Positions 1 through 9,309 of a stretch of 62,140 nucleotides of DNA are shown piece by piece. The notes beneath the pieces are model-generated. The model was not told the DNA's origin. It made no database searches and was given only the letters and a program-made list of their open reading frames with translations. Both the position numbers and the translations under genes were made by a program. The stretch's first letter is position 1; the number at the start of each line of letters is the position of its first letter. This DNA is from a virus. Lineage: Duplodnaviria > Caudoviricetes. The stretch spans positions 1-62,140 of IMG/VR virus record IMGVR_UViG_3300031851_000023, one strand, 5' to 3'.

Positions 1-91
1 CACCTTCAAATTTTTCTAATTTGAGTAGATAACCAATAGGGTTCAGGAAATTCCTATTAGTAGGTTGTTCCTTATACCATTCAGCAGACAT
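1..91 (-). CDS. gp3: Tail completion/sheath stabiliser gp3, N-terminal part (runs off window)
   Basis: Manual translation MSAEWYKEQPTNRNFLNPIGYLLKLEKFEG resembles cyanophage gp3 N-termini; lies downstream of gp23; late promoter AATAAATA at 113-120. Confidence 0.75.
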   Translation of the reverse strand, partial: MSAEWYKEQPTNRNFLNPIGYLLKLEKFEG

Positions 92-92
92 G

Positions 93-674
93 TCAACTTC
101 CCAAGCTGATACTATTTATTGTATTTTCTTGAACCTGTTCTGCCGTTTCGTAGTTTATATTTAATACCAATCTTTTTGCTACATCAGTACACGAAACTCC
201 TTGATGCAATAATCCGTTTTTAAAAATTACAACTCTATTTTGAACTGATTTAACTTTTTCTCCAGTGTCAAATTCTGTGTATCCATTGTTATCATTGATA
301 TACAATATTGCGGTATTACAATTAAATGATTCTTTTGTATTTTGAATACCGCTAGAAATATCAATATGAAAACCATGACCGATATGATTTTCGTTAGCAA
401 CTGTTAAATTTACTTTACATCTGTGTAAATTTACAACTCCAAGTTTTTTAAATAAAGGTTTTAAAAATATTTCATCTTCCCCTAAAATATGACAAAATTG
501 AATATTGTATTTGTCATCTAATATTAATTTTTTGTGCTTGCGGAAATGCTCAGAAATTGCTCTGGAAGATAGTATTGTTGATTGTAACCAAGGCATATTT
601 GGATCATCTAATTCAAATAGCAATCTAATAAAATCTTCTTTATCTAAAAAATTATCAATTATTTTCATCTTCAT
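93..674 (-). CDS. 2OG-Fe(II) oxygenase superfamily protein
   Basis: HxD (FHID), TAILYINDNNGYTEF, distal H (LLHQG) and R (KRLVLNINY), typical of cyanophage 2OG-Fe(II) oxygenases; start may be 668. Confidence 0.75.
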   Translation of the reverse strand: MKMKIIDNFLDKEDFIRLLFELDDPNMPWLQSTILSSRAISEHFRKHKKLILDDKYNIQFCHILGEDEIFLKPLFKKLGVVNLHRCKVNLTVANENHIGHGFHIDISSGIQNTKESFNCNTAILYINDNNGYTEFDTGEKVKSVQNRVVIFKNGLLHQGVSCTDVAKRLVLNINYETAEQVQENTINSISLGS

Positions 675-810
675 TATACCAAAAATCTTCCCAGTCTTTT
701 ACTGAATTGGTTACGTCTTCCCACTCTGGTTCATACAGAGGGCATGGTTCTTCCATCAAAATTTTAGTTTTCATTTTATTAATTCTATTATGTAATATTT
801 TTAAGTCCAT
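655..810 (-). CDS. Hypothetical acidic 51-aa protein (not in ORF track)
   Basis: Manual translation MDLKILHNRINKMKTKILMEEPCPLYEPEWEDVTNSVKDWEDFWYNEDENN; fills the gap and overlaps both neighbours. Confidence 0.6.
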   Translation of the reverse strand: MDLKILHNRINKMKTKILMEEPCPLYEPEWEDVTNSVKDWEDFWYNEDENN

Positions 811-983
811 TCGTCTTCCTCTTCTTCATCCCAAAATTCATAGGGACCATGTTGCATACGTTTTAGTTTATCAGTTTCAGCACGAAATGATACTGTTTCT
901 GTTATCCACATAGACAACTTAAGTATAATAAAAATAATCGCCAATGGCGATAAACACAAGAGCAATACTAATGAAGGATTCAT
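801..983 (-). CDS. Hypothetical membrane protein (one TM helix, acidic tail)
   Basis: Hydrophobic N-terminal 25 aa; ATGA overlap with the upstream ORF. Confidence 0.7.
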   Translation of the reverse strand: MNPSLVLLLCLSPLAIIFIILKLSMWITETVSFRAETDKLKRMQHGPYEFWDEEEEDEWT

Positions 984-1147
984 TGGGAGTATTCGTTTAT
1001 AATATCTAATACTTTATCTAGCGAATCATGAGCTCCGTCATACCATTGACCTGTCATACCCGGATTCGTTTCTTTATCATATAATTCAGTTTTTAATTTG
1101 TATACTTTTGCAAGCATATCTGTTTTGTGTAAGCTACCACGGGGCAT
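980..1147 (-). CDS. Hypothetical 55-aa protein (not in ORF track)
   Basis: Manual translation MPRGSLHKTDMLAKVYKLKTELYDKETNPGMTGQWYDGAHDSLDKVLDIINEYSQ; late promoter CTTAAATA at 1170-1177; stop overlaps the next ATG. Confidence 0.7.
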   Translation of the reverse strand: MPRGSLHKTDMLAKVYKLKTELYDKETNPGMTGQWYDGAHDSLDKVLDIINEYSQ

Positions 1148-1180
1148 AACAATAGGGATTTACTACTTCTATTTAAGCAC

Positions 1181-1206
1181 AAAAAAAGGGACGCCGCAGC
1201 GTCCCT
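1181..1206 (-). terminator. Rho-independent terminator after gp23
   Basis: AGGGACGC-cgca-GCGTCCCT 8-bp stem followed on the minus strand by a T run. Confidence 0.9.
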
Positions 1207-1226
1207 GTGTTGATATCGTAACTATA

Positions 1227-2642
1227 TCAGGCGAGGTTCGCAACACGAACACGTCTGTAGTACTGGTTCTTAGAAGCAGTAAGTGCTTCAGCATCAGGAG
1301 TTCCTGCAGAAGACTCAACGAAAGGATTGCTGACCATGCCGTAGCGGGTCTTGAAACCAATCTTAGGTTGGAAGGTCTGAGGATCGATGCTGCGTAGCAT
1401 CTGGAGGGGAACGTAGGGGCAGTAGAATAGTCCTGCGTCATAAGGGGAAGAACCCTTATAACCAACTACGTAGTAGTGGGTGTTAGAAACGTTAGCAGAG
1501 TAAGGATCAACATAGACCTTAATGCGACCGTTCATGGTGCCGACTAGAAGGTTTCCGGTGTCATCAACGTCACCGATGGAAGGACCACCAGCGCCAGTTA
1601 GACCTGAGGAATAGTCGAGTGTGCCAGACATGGCAAGAGCAGAAGCAACGTCAGCAGAAGTGACGATGAAGTTGCCCTTTCCTCTACGAGTCTCTTGTGC
1701 GATAGCGTTAGCATCGCGCTCGATTTGGAACATAAGTCCTTTGAACTTCTCAACCGACCAACGACCGTTGCTGTCAACGTCGAGGTCAAATACACCAGCG
1801 TTAGCAACGTTGTTCTGAGCACCAGGCTTAGCAACGGTGTAAACGGTACGAACAACCTCACGGTTGATCTCAGCAAGGATTTCGCTAGACAATAGGTTAG
1901 CGAGTTCCTGCTCTGCATCAAGACCGTGGATTGCCTTAAGGTCTTGTGCCAATTCTAGAGTGTACTCAGCGCGAAGAGCTCTGGTCTTAGCAGTGACCGC
2001 AGTCTTCTCGATGCTGAAGTCCATTTCGTTGAACAAGGTCGAACCCGATCCAAGAACTTCTGCTGTTTCTCTAGCAATGTTGCCTGCTTGGCGCTCGTAG
2101 TTAGCAGCAGTTGTGCCGCCGCCAGTGGCGTCGTTAAGCAGACCAGGGTTAGCATCAGTCGTGCCGCCATCGCCAAGAGGAGATACGGGATCGTTGTATG
2201 CACCAGGACCCTGTGTGTTTCCAGAGAAGTTGGTGTCGGGCTCGTTGTAGAGTGCCTCAGCGCCAGCTCTGGTGTTGTAGTGGCTCTTCATTGCGAAGAT
2301 AAGTCCAGTAGGACCGCTCATGGGTTGAACGCCACAGATGTCGTATGCAACCAAGTTAGGTGCTGCACGACGGATAAGGTTGATCATTACAGGATCGAAA
2401 CCTGCAAGTCCACCAGTCTTGGTGGTTAGACCAGAACCACCTAGTGCTTGTCCACCAGCTGCGCTGATAGCTCCAACAGTACTAGCTTCGTTCATCATAC
2501 CACGCTCTTCGCGTAGTTGATTTTCTGTGTTTTCTAACAGAACAGCGGTAACAGCCTTTCTATAGTTGTCTTTGATGGTGCCAGCACCTTCATGACTTAG
2601 AACAGGAGACCACTTTTCGGTTAGAGCTTTTGAATTAAACAT
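1227..2642 (-). CDS. gp23: Major capsid protein
   Basis: EKWSPVL, DICGVQPMSGPTGLIFAM, RALRAEYTLELAQDLKAIHGLDAEQEL and FQPKIGFKTRYG are T4 gp23 signatures. Confidence 0.99.
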   Translation of the reverse strand: MFNSKALTEKWSPVLSHEGAGTIKDNYRKAVTAVLLENTENQLREERGMMNEASTVGAISAAGGQALGGSGLTTKTGGLAGFDPVMINLIRRAAPNLVAYDICGVQPMSGPTGLIFAMKSHYNTRAGAEALYNEPDTNFSGNTQGPGAYNDPVSPLGDGGTTDANPGLLNDATGGGTTAANYERQAGNIARETAEVLGSGSTLFNEMDFSIEKTAVTAKTRALRAEYTLELAQDLKAIHGLDAEQELANLLSSEILAEINREVVRTVYTVAKPGAQNNVANAGVFDLDVDSNGRWSVEKFKGLMFQIERDANAIAQETRRGKGNFIVTSADVASALAMSGTLDYSSGLTGAGGPSIGDVDDTGNLLVGTMNGRIKVYVDPYSANVSNTHYYVVGYKGSSPYDAGLFYCPYVPLQMLRSIDPQTFQPKIGFKTRYGMVSNPFVESSAGTPDAEALTASKNQYYRRVRVANLA

Positions 2643-2678
2643 TTGTTTGCTCTTGTTTGAAAAATGTGGGGTTTATTA

Positions 2679-3821
2679 TTAGGACCAGCGATCAAGTGCT
2701 TTCAGATACTGCGCCATTACTGGGTTAGAATCATCTACACCTTCGACTGGGGATTCATCAACAACTTCCGTTGGGGTAGCGATTGACTCTTTGAAGTAAG
2801 ACTCCTTGATGGTCGTAACCTTCTTGGAGAATGACTCTTCCGAGACAAACTCTAGACCCTCAGCAAGTGCTGCGAGTTTTTCTTTCTGAGTATCTGCTAG
2901 TCCTTCTGACACGGTGGACAGAATATTGAGTTTGGCAGACTCATTAAGACGATTTTGTAATTTCACGTTTGCTTTGACCTGTTCGTCAAGGCGTGTTTCC
3001 ATCTCACGAATAGATTCGGCCATACCTTCTACAACATCGACTTTCTCGTCGGGAATAGAAATGTAGTGCTCTTCAAAGAGACCCTTCAAACCTGCGATGA
3101 AGTCTGTAGTGATCTCATTTCTGATTCCACGGTCAATAGCAACTTGGTTTTGCTCCATCCATTGACCGATGGCATAGGACACTGTGCCGTCTACTTCCTC
3201 GGAAAGTTCTGCCTTAGCAGATGATACGTGCTTATCGAGTTCAGCAGCAAAGTGCTCTACAAGTTTGTCATACTCCTCAGAGATTTTCGCTTTGACAGCA
3301 GCCTCAAAAATGACTTTTGCTTTCTCAGCGAACTCTTCAGAGAGTTCTGTGCCTTCTACTAGAGCGGCAACATCAGCGGAAACATCAAGTTCTTCAAAGG
3401 AAGGCTTGATGGGGTAAGTAACAGCAGGTCCAGTACTAGTTGCGTATGCAACATCAGCACCAACGGTAGGCATAGCGTCAGGACTACCGGCACGCTGTTG
3501 GGGATCGCCAGATACTTGCGAAATAGGTGCTGCCGCTTTAGCGCCAGGATTCTCTTCGCCGTCGTCATCATCCTCATTAGGAGCAGTGGAAGTTCCACCT
3601 AAATCTGCAGCAGCAGATTGTCCAGGAGCAACACCTGGTTGAACTGAAGGCATAGGATCCTTGCCGCCAGAACCAGTCTGCGCGTCAGAAACCTGAGAGG
3701 GTTCGCTACCAGCACCGGGGATAATGTTAGCAGAAACTGTTGGCATAGGATCGCCAGCTTCTACAATCACCTTTTGCTCGGTAACGAACTCCTCAAATTT
3801 TTCATTTAACATATCTGACAT
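2679..3821 (-). CDS. gp22: Prohead core scaffold protein
   Basis: LSEEFAEKAKVIFEAAV and FIAGLKGLFEEHYI; acidic coiled coil; between gp21 and gp23. Confidence 0.95.
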   Translation of the reverse strand: MSDMLNEKFEEFVTEQKVIVEAGDPMPTVSANIIPGAGSEPSQVSDAQTGSGGKDPMPSVQPGVAPGQSAAADLGGTSTAPNEDDDDGEENPGAKAAAPISQVSGDPQQRAGSPDAMPTVGADVAYATSTGPAVTYPIKPSFEELDVSADVAALVEGTELSEEFAEKAKVIFEAAVKAKISEEYDKLVEHFAAELDKHVSSAKAELSEEVDGTVSYAIGQWMEQNQVAIDRGIRNEITTDFIAGLKGLFEEHYISIPDEKVDVVEGMAESIREMETRLDEQVKANVKLQNRLNESAKLNILSTVSEGLADTQKEKLAALAEGLEFVSEESFSKKVTTIKESYFKESIATPTEVVDESPVEGVDDSNPVMAQYLKALDRWS

Positions 3822-3864
3822 TTGAGATTACCTCGTAATTTTCCGTAAATAATTAATCTAAGTT

Positions 3865-3872
3865 TATTTATA
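3865..3872 (-). promoter_or_regulatory. T4-type late promoter TATAAATA upstream of gp22
   Basis: Exact T4 late consensus about 45 nt before the ATG. Confidence 0.85.
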
Positions 3873-3874
3873 AA

Positions 3875-4519
3875 TCAAAGTTTTCCGAGGAAATCCTCAA
3901 ACACCTTGAGTGTTCTCTCTTCTAACTCACGACGCGGAGCGTCATTGATATAACGTTGGTATTTATCAACTTTTGATTCCTTGAGAATACCGTTGTCCCA
4001 TACCCATTCTTTACCTTCCATGATGCCATTAACAAAAGCATCAGGTGCTGAAGGATCTGCTACAATATCAGCAGCAGTTGTAAGCATGAAGTCATCACGA
4101 ACTACTGAAGTATCTTCGCGCTTTTCAATGCTTCCCATACCACGGGATGAAACACCTAACTGAACTCCTTCGCCAAGTAAAGACTTAGCAATTTGTCCCA
4201 TGGGTGTATCAAGAATTTGTGCCTTACCAATGAAGTTATTTCCTTCAGCGCGAAGACTTGTGATTCTGTGAGATACTCTATCAAGATTGATAGTAGGACC
4301 ATCGGGATGACCGAGTTCACCTAGAGCACGCTTTGATTTCACATACTCTTCGTTGTATCTCTCAACTTCATTGTTGAGAACATCGAAAGGATACATGCGA
4401 CCATTACGGTTCTTTAGTTCTGACTGTAAAAATACTCCTTCGATATAAAGAAGTTTCTTTCCGTCTCTTTCCTCAGTGAGGATTTTGACGTTTTCAATCG
4501 TTTCCGTTATCAGTTTCAT
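3875..4519 (-). CDS. gp21: Prohead protease
   Basis: MKLITETIE start, NRNGRMYP, ALGELGHP, GVSSRGMGS, DIVADPSAPDAFV; start placed at 4519 rather than 4666. Confidence 0.97.
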   Translation of the reverse strand: MKLITETIENVKILTEERDGKKLLYIEGVFLQSELKNRNGRMYPFDVLNNEVERYNEEYVKSKRALGELGHPDGPTINLDRVSHRITSLRAEGNNFIGKAQILDTPMGQIAKSLLGEGVQLGVSSRGMGSIEKREDTSVVRDDFMLTTAADIVADPSAPDAFVNGIMEGKEWVWDNGILKESKVDKYQRYINDAPRRELEERTLKVFEDFLGKL

Positions 4520-4706
4520 CGGGTTCTTCCGTTTCTGTGGGTTCATCAAAGAATGTATTCGCGGCAACCTGCTTGTATGTTGCCATAGCATCAGATGCTT
4601 TAGCAAAAAGTAGATCATGAATAGCATCAATAGCAGATGCCCTGTCGTTGTCGCTGATCTTATCAACGATATCTACCACGCCAGGTTCAGGGTTATGTTG
4701 TTCCAT
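4494..4706 (-). CDS. Small acidic prohead core protein (gp67-like position)
   Basis: 70-aa acidic helical ORF between gp20 and gp21; late promoter AATAAATA at 4727-4734. Confidence 0.7.
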   Translation of the reverse strand: MEQHNPEPGVVDIVDKISDNDRASAIDAIHDLLFAKASDAMATYKQVAANTFFDEPTETEEPDETDNGND

Positions 4707-4725
4707 AATAAGTATTCTGTATAAT

Positions 4726-6429
4726 TTATTTATTATTTGTAGAAGGTGAAGGCATTGACTTTGCTTTTTTCACTTCTCTTTCGGATGCGGAATCTGCAGC
4801 AAGTTCTTGTCTTTCTGCAGCATCTTGTGCTTGCTGATCCTGAATTTCAGGAGCAAGGGCAGTGTTTGCTGCTGTCATTTGATCCATAGCATTTGCTTCT
4901 GCTGGATCAATAGAGAGACCAGAAGCAATCTCTGCTTTAATCTGCTTATCAATATCCTTGTATTCTGTATCTTTTTGATTTAGAACATGACGACGGATAT
5001 ATTCAACAGAGAAATACTTACCAACAAAAGGATCCATCTGACTTACAGTCATCATCCTCTGGTTCATCATTTCAATTTCTTTTAGTTCATTGAAATGATT
5101 ATCAAAGAGATAGTCATACTGGATATGCTCCTTCATATCATCCCAGTCTTCAGGAGAAATTACTCCTTTAAGAATGAGTTGAGTCTTGAGCATGTCGTGG
5201 AACATCTCAGAGAATCTTTTACGTAGTCTTCCAATAAACTTGGTAAACTTAAGTTCGTCACGGAGGACTTCAGTGGTTTTACCAAGGTTAAATCCTTTGC
5301 TGTCGTCTGTAAGACGAGAAGGGGGAAGATTGAGAGAGTTATAAAGTTTCTTTTTAAAATACTCAACGTCCTTAAGTTCTCCAAGGTTCTGTCCTCCAGG
5401 CAGCGTAGTAATTTCAGTACCACGTCCACCCTCTCTACGAGGCAACCAGAAATCTTCAAGCATACTCATGTGCTTTTTGTCATCACGCATCTCGCCAGTT
5501 TGTGCGTCATACACAAGCTTGTTGCGATAGCGAGACATAACATCACGCAAGTATTGTTCTGCTTTTACCTTAGGTAGATTGCCTACATCGATGTAGAAAA
5601 TTCTACGCTCAGGTGCGCGTGATAATCTGTAGATAACAATTGAATCTTCAATCATTCTTAATTGATTGAGAGTCTTGATTGCCTTATGAAGGAAACCAAG
5701 AGTCATTCTTTTGTTTAAATCTTGTAGTCCAGAAGGACAGAATGTAATTGAATCAGTTGCCATCTTGACACCCTGAGACAAAGACATATCTCCAATCGGT
5801 CCTAGGACACCGCCTTTATAGAAACCTTTTGGATTGTACAGATAGTAATCGACAAACGTTCCATATTCATACTCAAGCGCCGTGCCTTTGATTGCTGCTT
5901 TCGCTAGAGAATCTTTTGGAGTATTGTCAATTTTTTGACGAACTTTCTTGATCTTCATCGGATCAATATAACGAAGTTCTGTAATACCTTTTCTGGGATT
6001 ATCTAAATCGATAACCTTATGATAAAATAAACGTCCATCAATATACCAAGTTCGGACAATCTCATGTGCTCGATTGTCGAAGTTTAAAAGTCTTTTAATA
6101 TACTCAAACTCATTACGAATTTTAGTTTTTACTCCAGCACCAACACCTAGATTATCTAAGTTAATTTCTACAGGAGAATCGTAAGCATCACTTACGATAA
6201 ACTCGTTAACAACTTCGTCAACAGCACTATCCACCTCGGGATGAATTGCCATATCACGATAACGACGGATCATCTCAAACTCATTACGAGCTTGATTATC
6301 CGTATCTACATACGTTCCATAATATCCACCTGCTGCTACTGCAACTGGATCTTCAGCAGAAGGAGGGACAGGAGATTGACCTCGCTGCCCCTCTTTTCTG
6401 TTAATTTGGAAGCCAAATAACTGACTCAT
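4726..6429 (-). CDS. gp20: Portal vertex protein
   Basis: IYRLSRAPERRIFYIDVGNLPKVKAEQYL and EDFWLPRREGGRGTEITTLPGG. Confidence 0.99.
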   Translation of the reverse strand: MSQLFGFQINRKEGQRGQSPVPPSAEDPVAVAAGGYYGTYVDTDNQARNEFEMIRRYRDMAIHPEVDSAVDEVVNEFIVSDAYDSPVEINLDNLGVGAGVKTKIRNEFEYIKRLLNFDNRAHEIVRTWYIDGRLFYHKVIDLDNPRKGITELRYIDPMKIKKVRQKIDNTPKDSLAKAAIKGTALEYEYGTFVDYYLYNPKGFYKGGVLGPIGDMSLSQGVKMATDSITFCPSGLQDLNKRMTLGFLHKAIKTLNQLRMIEDSIVIYRLSRAPERRIFYIDVGNLPKVKAEQYLRDVMSRYRNKLVYDAQTGEMRDDKKHMSMLEDFWLPRREGGRGTEITTLPGGQNLGELKDVEYFKKKLYNSLNLPPSRLTDDSKGFNLGKTTEVLRDELKFTKFIGRLRKRFSEMFHDMLKTQLILKGVISPEDWDDMKEHIQYDYLFDNHFNELKEIEMMNQRMMTVSQMDPFVGKYFSVEYIRRHVLNQKDTEYKDIDKQIKAEIASGLSIDPAEANAMDQMTAANTALAPEIQDQQAQDAAERQELAADSASEREVKKAKSMPSPSTNNK

Positions 6430-6459
6430 GATTATCTATTTAACTTGTGCGCTTCCAAC

Positions 6460-6467
6460 TATTTATC
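6460..6467 (-). promoter_or_regulatory. Late promoter GATAAATA upstream of gp20 (second variant GTTAAATA at 6437-6444)
   Basis: TAAATA core overlapping the gp19 stop. Confidence 0.7.
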
Positions 6468-7053
6468 AGACCACGCCAATGCCAGAAACACCATCTCTGG
6501 ATCCTGCTTGAGCAGTGAAGTAAGAATACTGCCACTCAACAGTGAATTCTTCAATCTGATCATTGCTATCATAAGCAAGATCGATAGGAGAAACATTAGT
6601 TGGGAAGCAGTACTTCAGAGTATATTCTCTGAGAATTGATCCTTCTTCGCTAGCATCTTTTTCAAGTTGCTTGACAGAAAGATCTGCCATGTAACCAGAA
6701 GTGGTTGATGGAGTGAAGAGAGGTGAAGTATTTGCTTCGTGGGTGTTGATGTTGTTTGCCCACTCTTCAAAGAATGCGCGAAGTTTGAAGTCCTTATCAT
6801 TGAAGAAAGTAGCAGACCATGTATCGAAGGTGCGATCACCTGCGATTTTGACTGTTCTTCCTCTGAAAGGAACTTCGATCACACCTAGATTTGAACCTGG
6901 TAGAGCAGCAGACTTACAAAGAATATTTGTAAGGTTTAAATCCTCGCCACCTTTTGAAAGGGAATCGGGGAATTGAACATCCACCAAGAACATGTTGGGC
7001 TTAACGCCCTGACCGATAGTTTGTAAGAAACTAGAAACGTTTGACAGTGCCAT
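6466..7053 (-). CDS. gp19: Tail tube protein
   Basis: LCKSAALPGS, VPFRGRTVKIAGDRTFDTW, FPTNVSPIDL, IEEFTVEWQY. Confidence 0.98.
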   Translation of the reverse strand: MALSNVSSFLQTIGQGVKPNMFLVDVQFPDSLSKGGEDLNLTNILCKSAALPGSNLGVIEVPFRGRTVKIAGDRTFDTWSATFFNDKDFKLRAFFEEWANNINTHEANTSPLFTPSTTSGYMADLSVKQLEKDASEEGSILREYTLKYCFPTNVSPIDLAYDSNDQIEEFTVEWQYSYFTAQAGSRDGVSGIGVV

Positions 7054-7091
7054 TGTTGTTTATCTCGTAATTTTTTCTCTATAATTAATTA

Positions 7092-8996
7092 TCATCTACC
7101 GATGACTTCAGCAAACGAAACGCCCGTCTTAGTAGCAGTTACTGTAACTGTTACATAATTGATGGAGCGTGTAGGCTTGAGGTAGAGTTCAGCGACAAAC
7201 TCATTTCTGTCGATGACTTCTGGAGTATTGTTTGTGTCGTCACAAACAACCAAGAAATCTGTAACACCTCTACGTGCTTGAACTTCAGCAAGATATGAAG
7301 TCATTGAAGCAGCAAATGCTCCACGAGTTGTGCTGTCATTTTGCTCAAAGAGTACGCCTTCTGCGAGTCCTTTTGCTCTCTTCTCAACGTTGAGGAATAA
7401 ACGACGGACGTTGATTCTATCAAATGCGGAAGGTGAAGCAAGAGCAGTTTTATCTCCAAATAGAACAGGACCAGAACCGACCATTGAGACGATTGGGTTT
7501 ACTCTATTTGTGTAAAGATCATCACGTTGTGCTTTGTTTGGATTGAAAGCAAGTTTTACAACATTCTGAATACCACCACGATTTAGACCAGCAGGAGAGA
7601 ACCAGTCATCAAGGATAGAAGAAGTTGAAACACATACACCAGCAACATCACCGTTACAACCTACGTAACGATACTTGTCATTGAAACGATCGTATGTATA
7701 CTTAACACCACTGTCTAGAACAACATATGAAGAAGAACTGATGTTATCAAAGAATGCTATTGTGTTTGATAGTTGTAGTGCTGGAGTCAAAGCACTGCCA
7801 CCAGAAGTAGCTACTTGAGTACCAGTCCAAGGAGAAAGGAATGCGACACAATCTTTTCTGCTGTTAGCAATAGCAGCAACTGCTTGTGCTTTAGAAACAG
7901 TATCGTTTTCGTTAGCAGCATTGCCACCCATCAAAACGAAGTCAACAGTTGTTTGCTCTGTATCTAGGAACTCATCATATGCTGCTTGGATTTCACCAGC
8001 AGTATATGCGTAGTCATCAGCACCACCAGTTAAAGCACCACCTGCCGTAGATAAGATTCTTGACAGTGCTAGTGGGGAAGCATTAGTAGCACCATAAGAT
8101 GCTGCCGTTGCACCAGGATCTTCTCCAACAGCTGTTGTATCATCTGCTGCTAGTGAAGCACCAGCATAGATGTAACGAGAATACTGATTTACATAATCCT
8201 TCCAATAAGATGAAGCACCTTCTGGAGTTTTGCCGTCAGTTAATTTTGTGAGATACGTTAGTCTCTCAACAATAGTATTGGTTGCTGTATCAACAACAGC
8301 AACGTGTACTTCGTCATTTGAAAGGAAACGCTCTGCGGCATACGCAGAAGTACCAGGACGAGGACCAATTGCTTTGTAAGTTAAACCAGTTGTATCGATT
8401 GCTTGTGAATTGTAATCCCAAACAGTTGCTGTATCACCAGCTGCTGGAGTTGGAACAGCAGAACCTTTTACAATGGAGAAACTATTAGGGTTAATAACTT
8501 CATACACTTCGTGTCCTACAGCAGAATCGTCTGTATACGTGCCACCAACTGATAAACCATGACCAGTTTTTGCGATGACATAATCAGCGCCACGGTCAAC
8601 GATTACAACTCTAAGGTTGTTGCCGTCAGCACCAGCATAGCGAGCAGCAAACTTCTCGGAAGTTACGCCAGCATCGAAAGCATCCTTATCACCGATAAGA
8701 ACACCACTACCACTTTCGGTAGCATTTGAAACACCAGTTGTTGCTCTAACAACTGCGAGTTGTCCGCCGTAGCGGAGGAATTCTGCAGCAACCAACCAAT
8801 CTCCAGCGTTAGCCTCGGATGGTGTGCCGAACACATCAATAAGTTCTCTTTCGGAACCAATGTTTACAATTTTGCCTACTGGACCAGTGCGGAATGAAGA
8901 AGCAATAGCACCACGAATAGCGGTGGCTCCTACTACAACAGCATTGGAAAAATCACGTTCTCTAATAACAACACCAGGCGAGACTTGACTTGCCAT
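7092..8996 (-). CDS. gp18: Tail sheath protein
   Basis: SPGVVIRERD, WFSPAGLNRG, FDRINVRRLF, KPTRSINY; late promoter TCTAAATA at 9034-9041. Confidence 0.99.
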   Translation of the reverse strand: MASQVSPGVVIRERDFSNAVVVGATAIRGAIASSFRTGPVGKIVNIGSERELIDVFGTPSEANAGDWLVAAEFLRYGGQLAVVRATTGVSNATESGSGVLIGDKDAFDAGVTSEKFAARYAGADGNNLRVVIVDRGADYVIAKTGHGLSVGGTYTDDSAVGHEVYEVINPNSFSIVKGSAVPTPAAGDTATVWDYNSQAIDTTGLTYKAIGPRPGTSAYAAERFLSNDEVHVAVVDTATNTIVERLTYLTKLTDGKTPEGASSYWKDYVNQYSRYIYAGASLAADDTTAVGEDPGATAASYGATNASPLALSRILSTAGGALTGGADDYAYTAGEIQAAYDEFLDTEQTTVDFVLMGGNAANENDTVSKAQAVAAIANSRKDCVAFLSPWTGTQVATSGGSALTPALQLSNTIAFFDNISSSSYVVLDSGVKYTYDRFNDKYRYVGCNGDVAGVCVSTSSILDDWFSPAGLNRGGIQNVVKLAFNPNKAQRDDLYTNRVNPIVSMVGSGPVLFGDKTALASPSAFDRINVRRLFLNVEKRAKGLAEGVLFEQNDSTTRGAFAASMTSYLAEVQARRGVTDFLVVCDDTNNTPEVIDRNEFVAELYLKPTRSINYVTVTVTATKTGVSFAEVIGR

Positions 8997-9078
8997 GTTT
9001 TATACCTCTTTAGATATCAATTTTATCTAAATCTATTTAGATTTTTGAATCCTTCAGAGGTGGTGAACAATACATGAA

Positions 9079-9309
9079 CTACCAATCTGGATATCCCCAA
9101 TCGGTAAATGGATCTCTCTTTTTTCTAGATTCCATAACCCTTTTGACAGTACACTCCTTACATTCATATGCGTATGCTGATGGATGTCCTTTCTTAGTTT
9201 TTCGCGTAAGATAAAAATCTTCTATAAGATCTTTTTTAATCCCACATGATCTACATTTTCTTTCTTTGAATAGAATATGTTCTAATGAAAATTGGTCTTC
9301 AATATTCAT
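9079..9309 (-). CDS. Small Zn-finger protein (CxxC...CxxC)
   Basis: MNIEDQF start overlapping the gp17 stop (TAATG); CRSC and CKEC motifs. Confidence 0.75.
   Translation of the reverse strand: MNIEDQFSLEHILFKERKCRSCGIKKDLIEDFYLTRKTKKGHPSAYAYECKECTVKRVMESRKKRDPFTDWGYPDW

Noticed and set aside
4520-4666. 49-aa N-terminal extension of gp21 in the ORF track
   Set aside because: It overlaps the real 70-aa gene; MKLITE at 4519 is the typical gp21 start.
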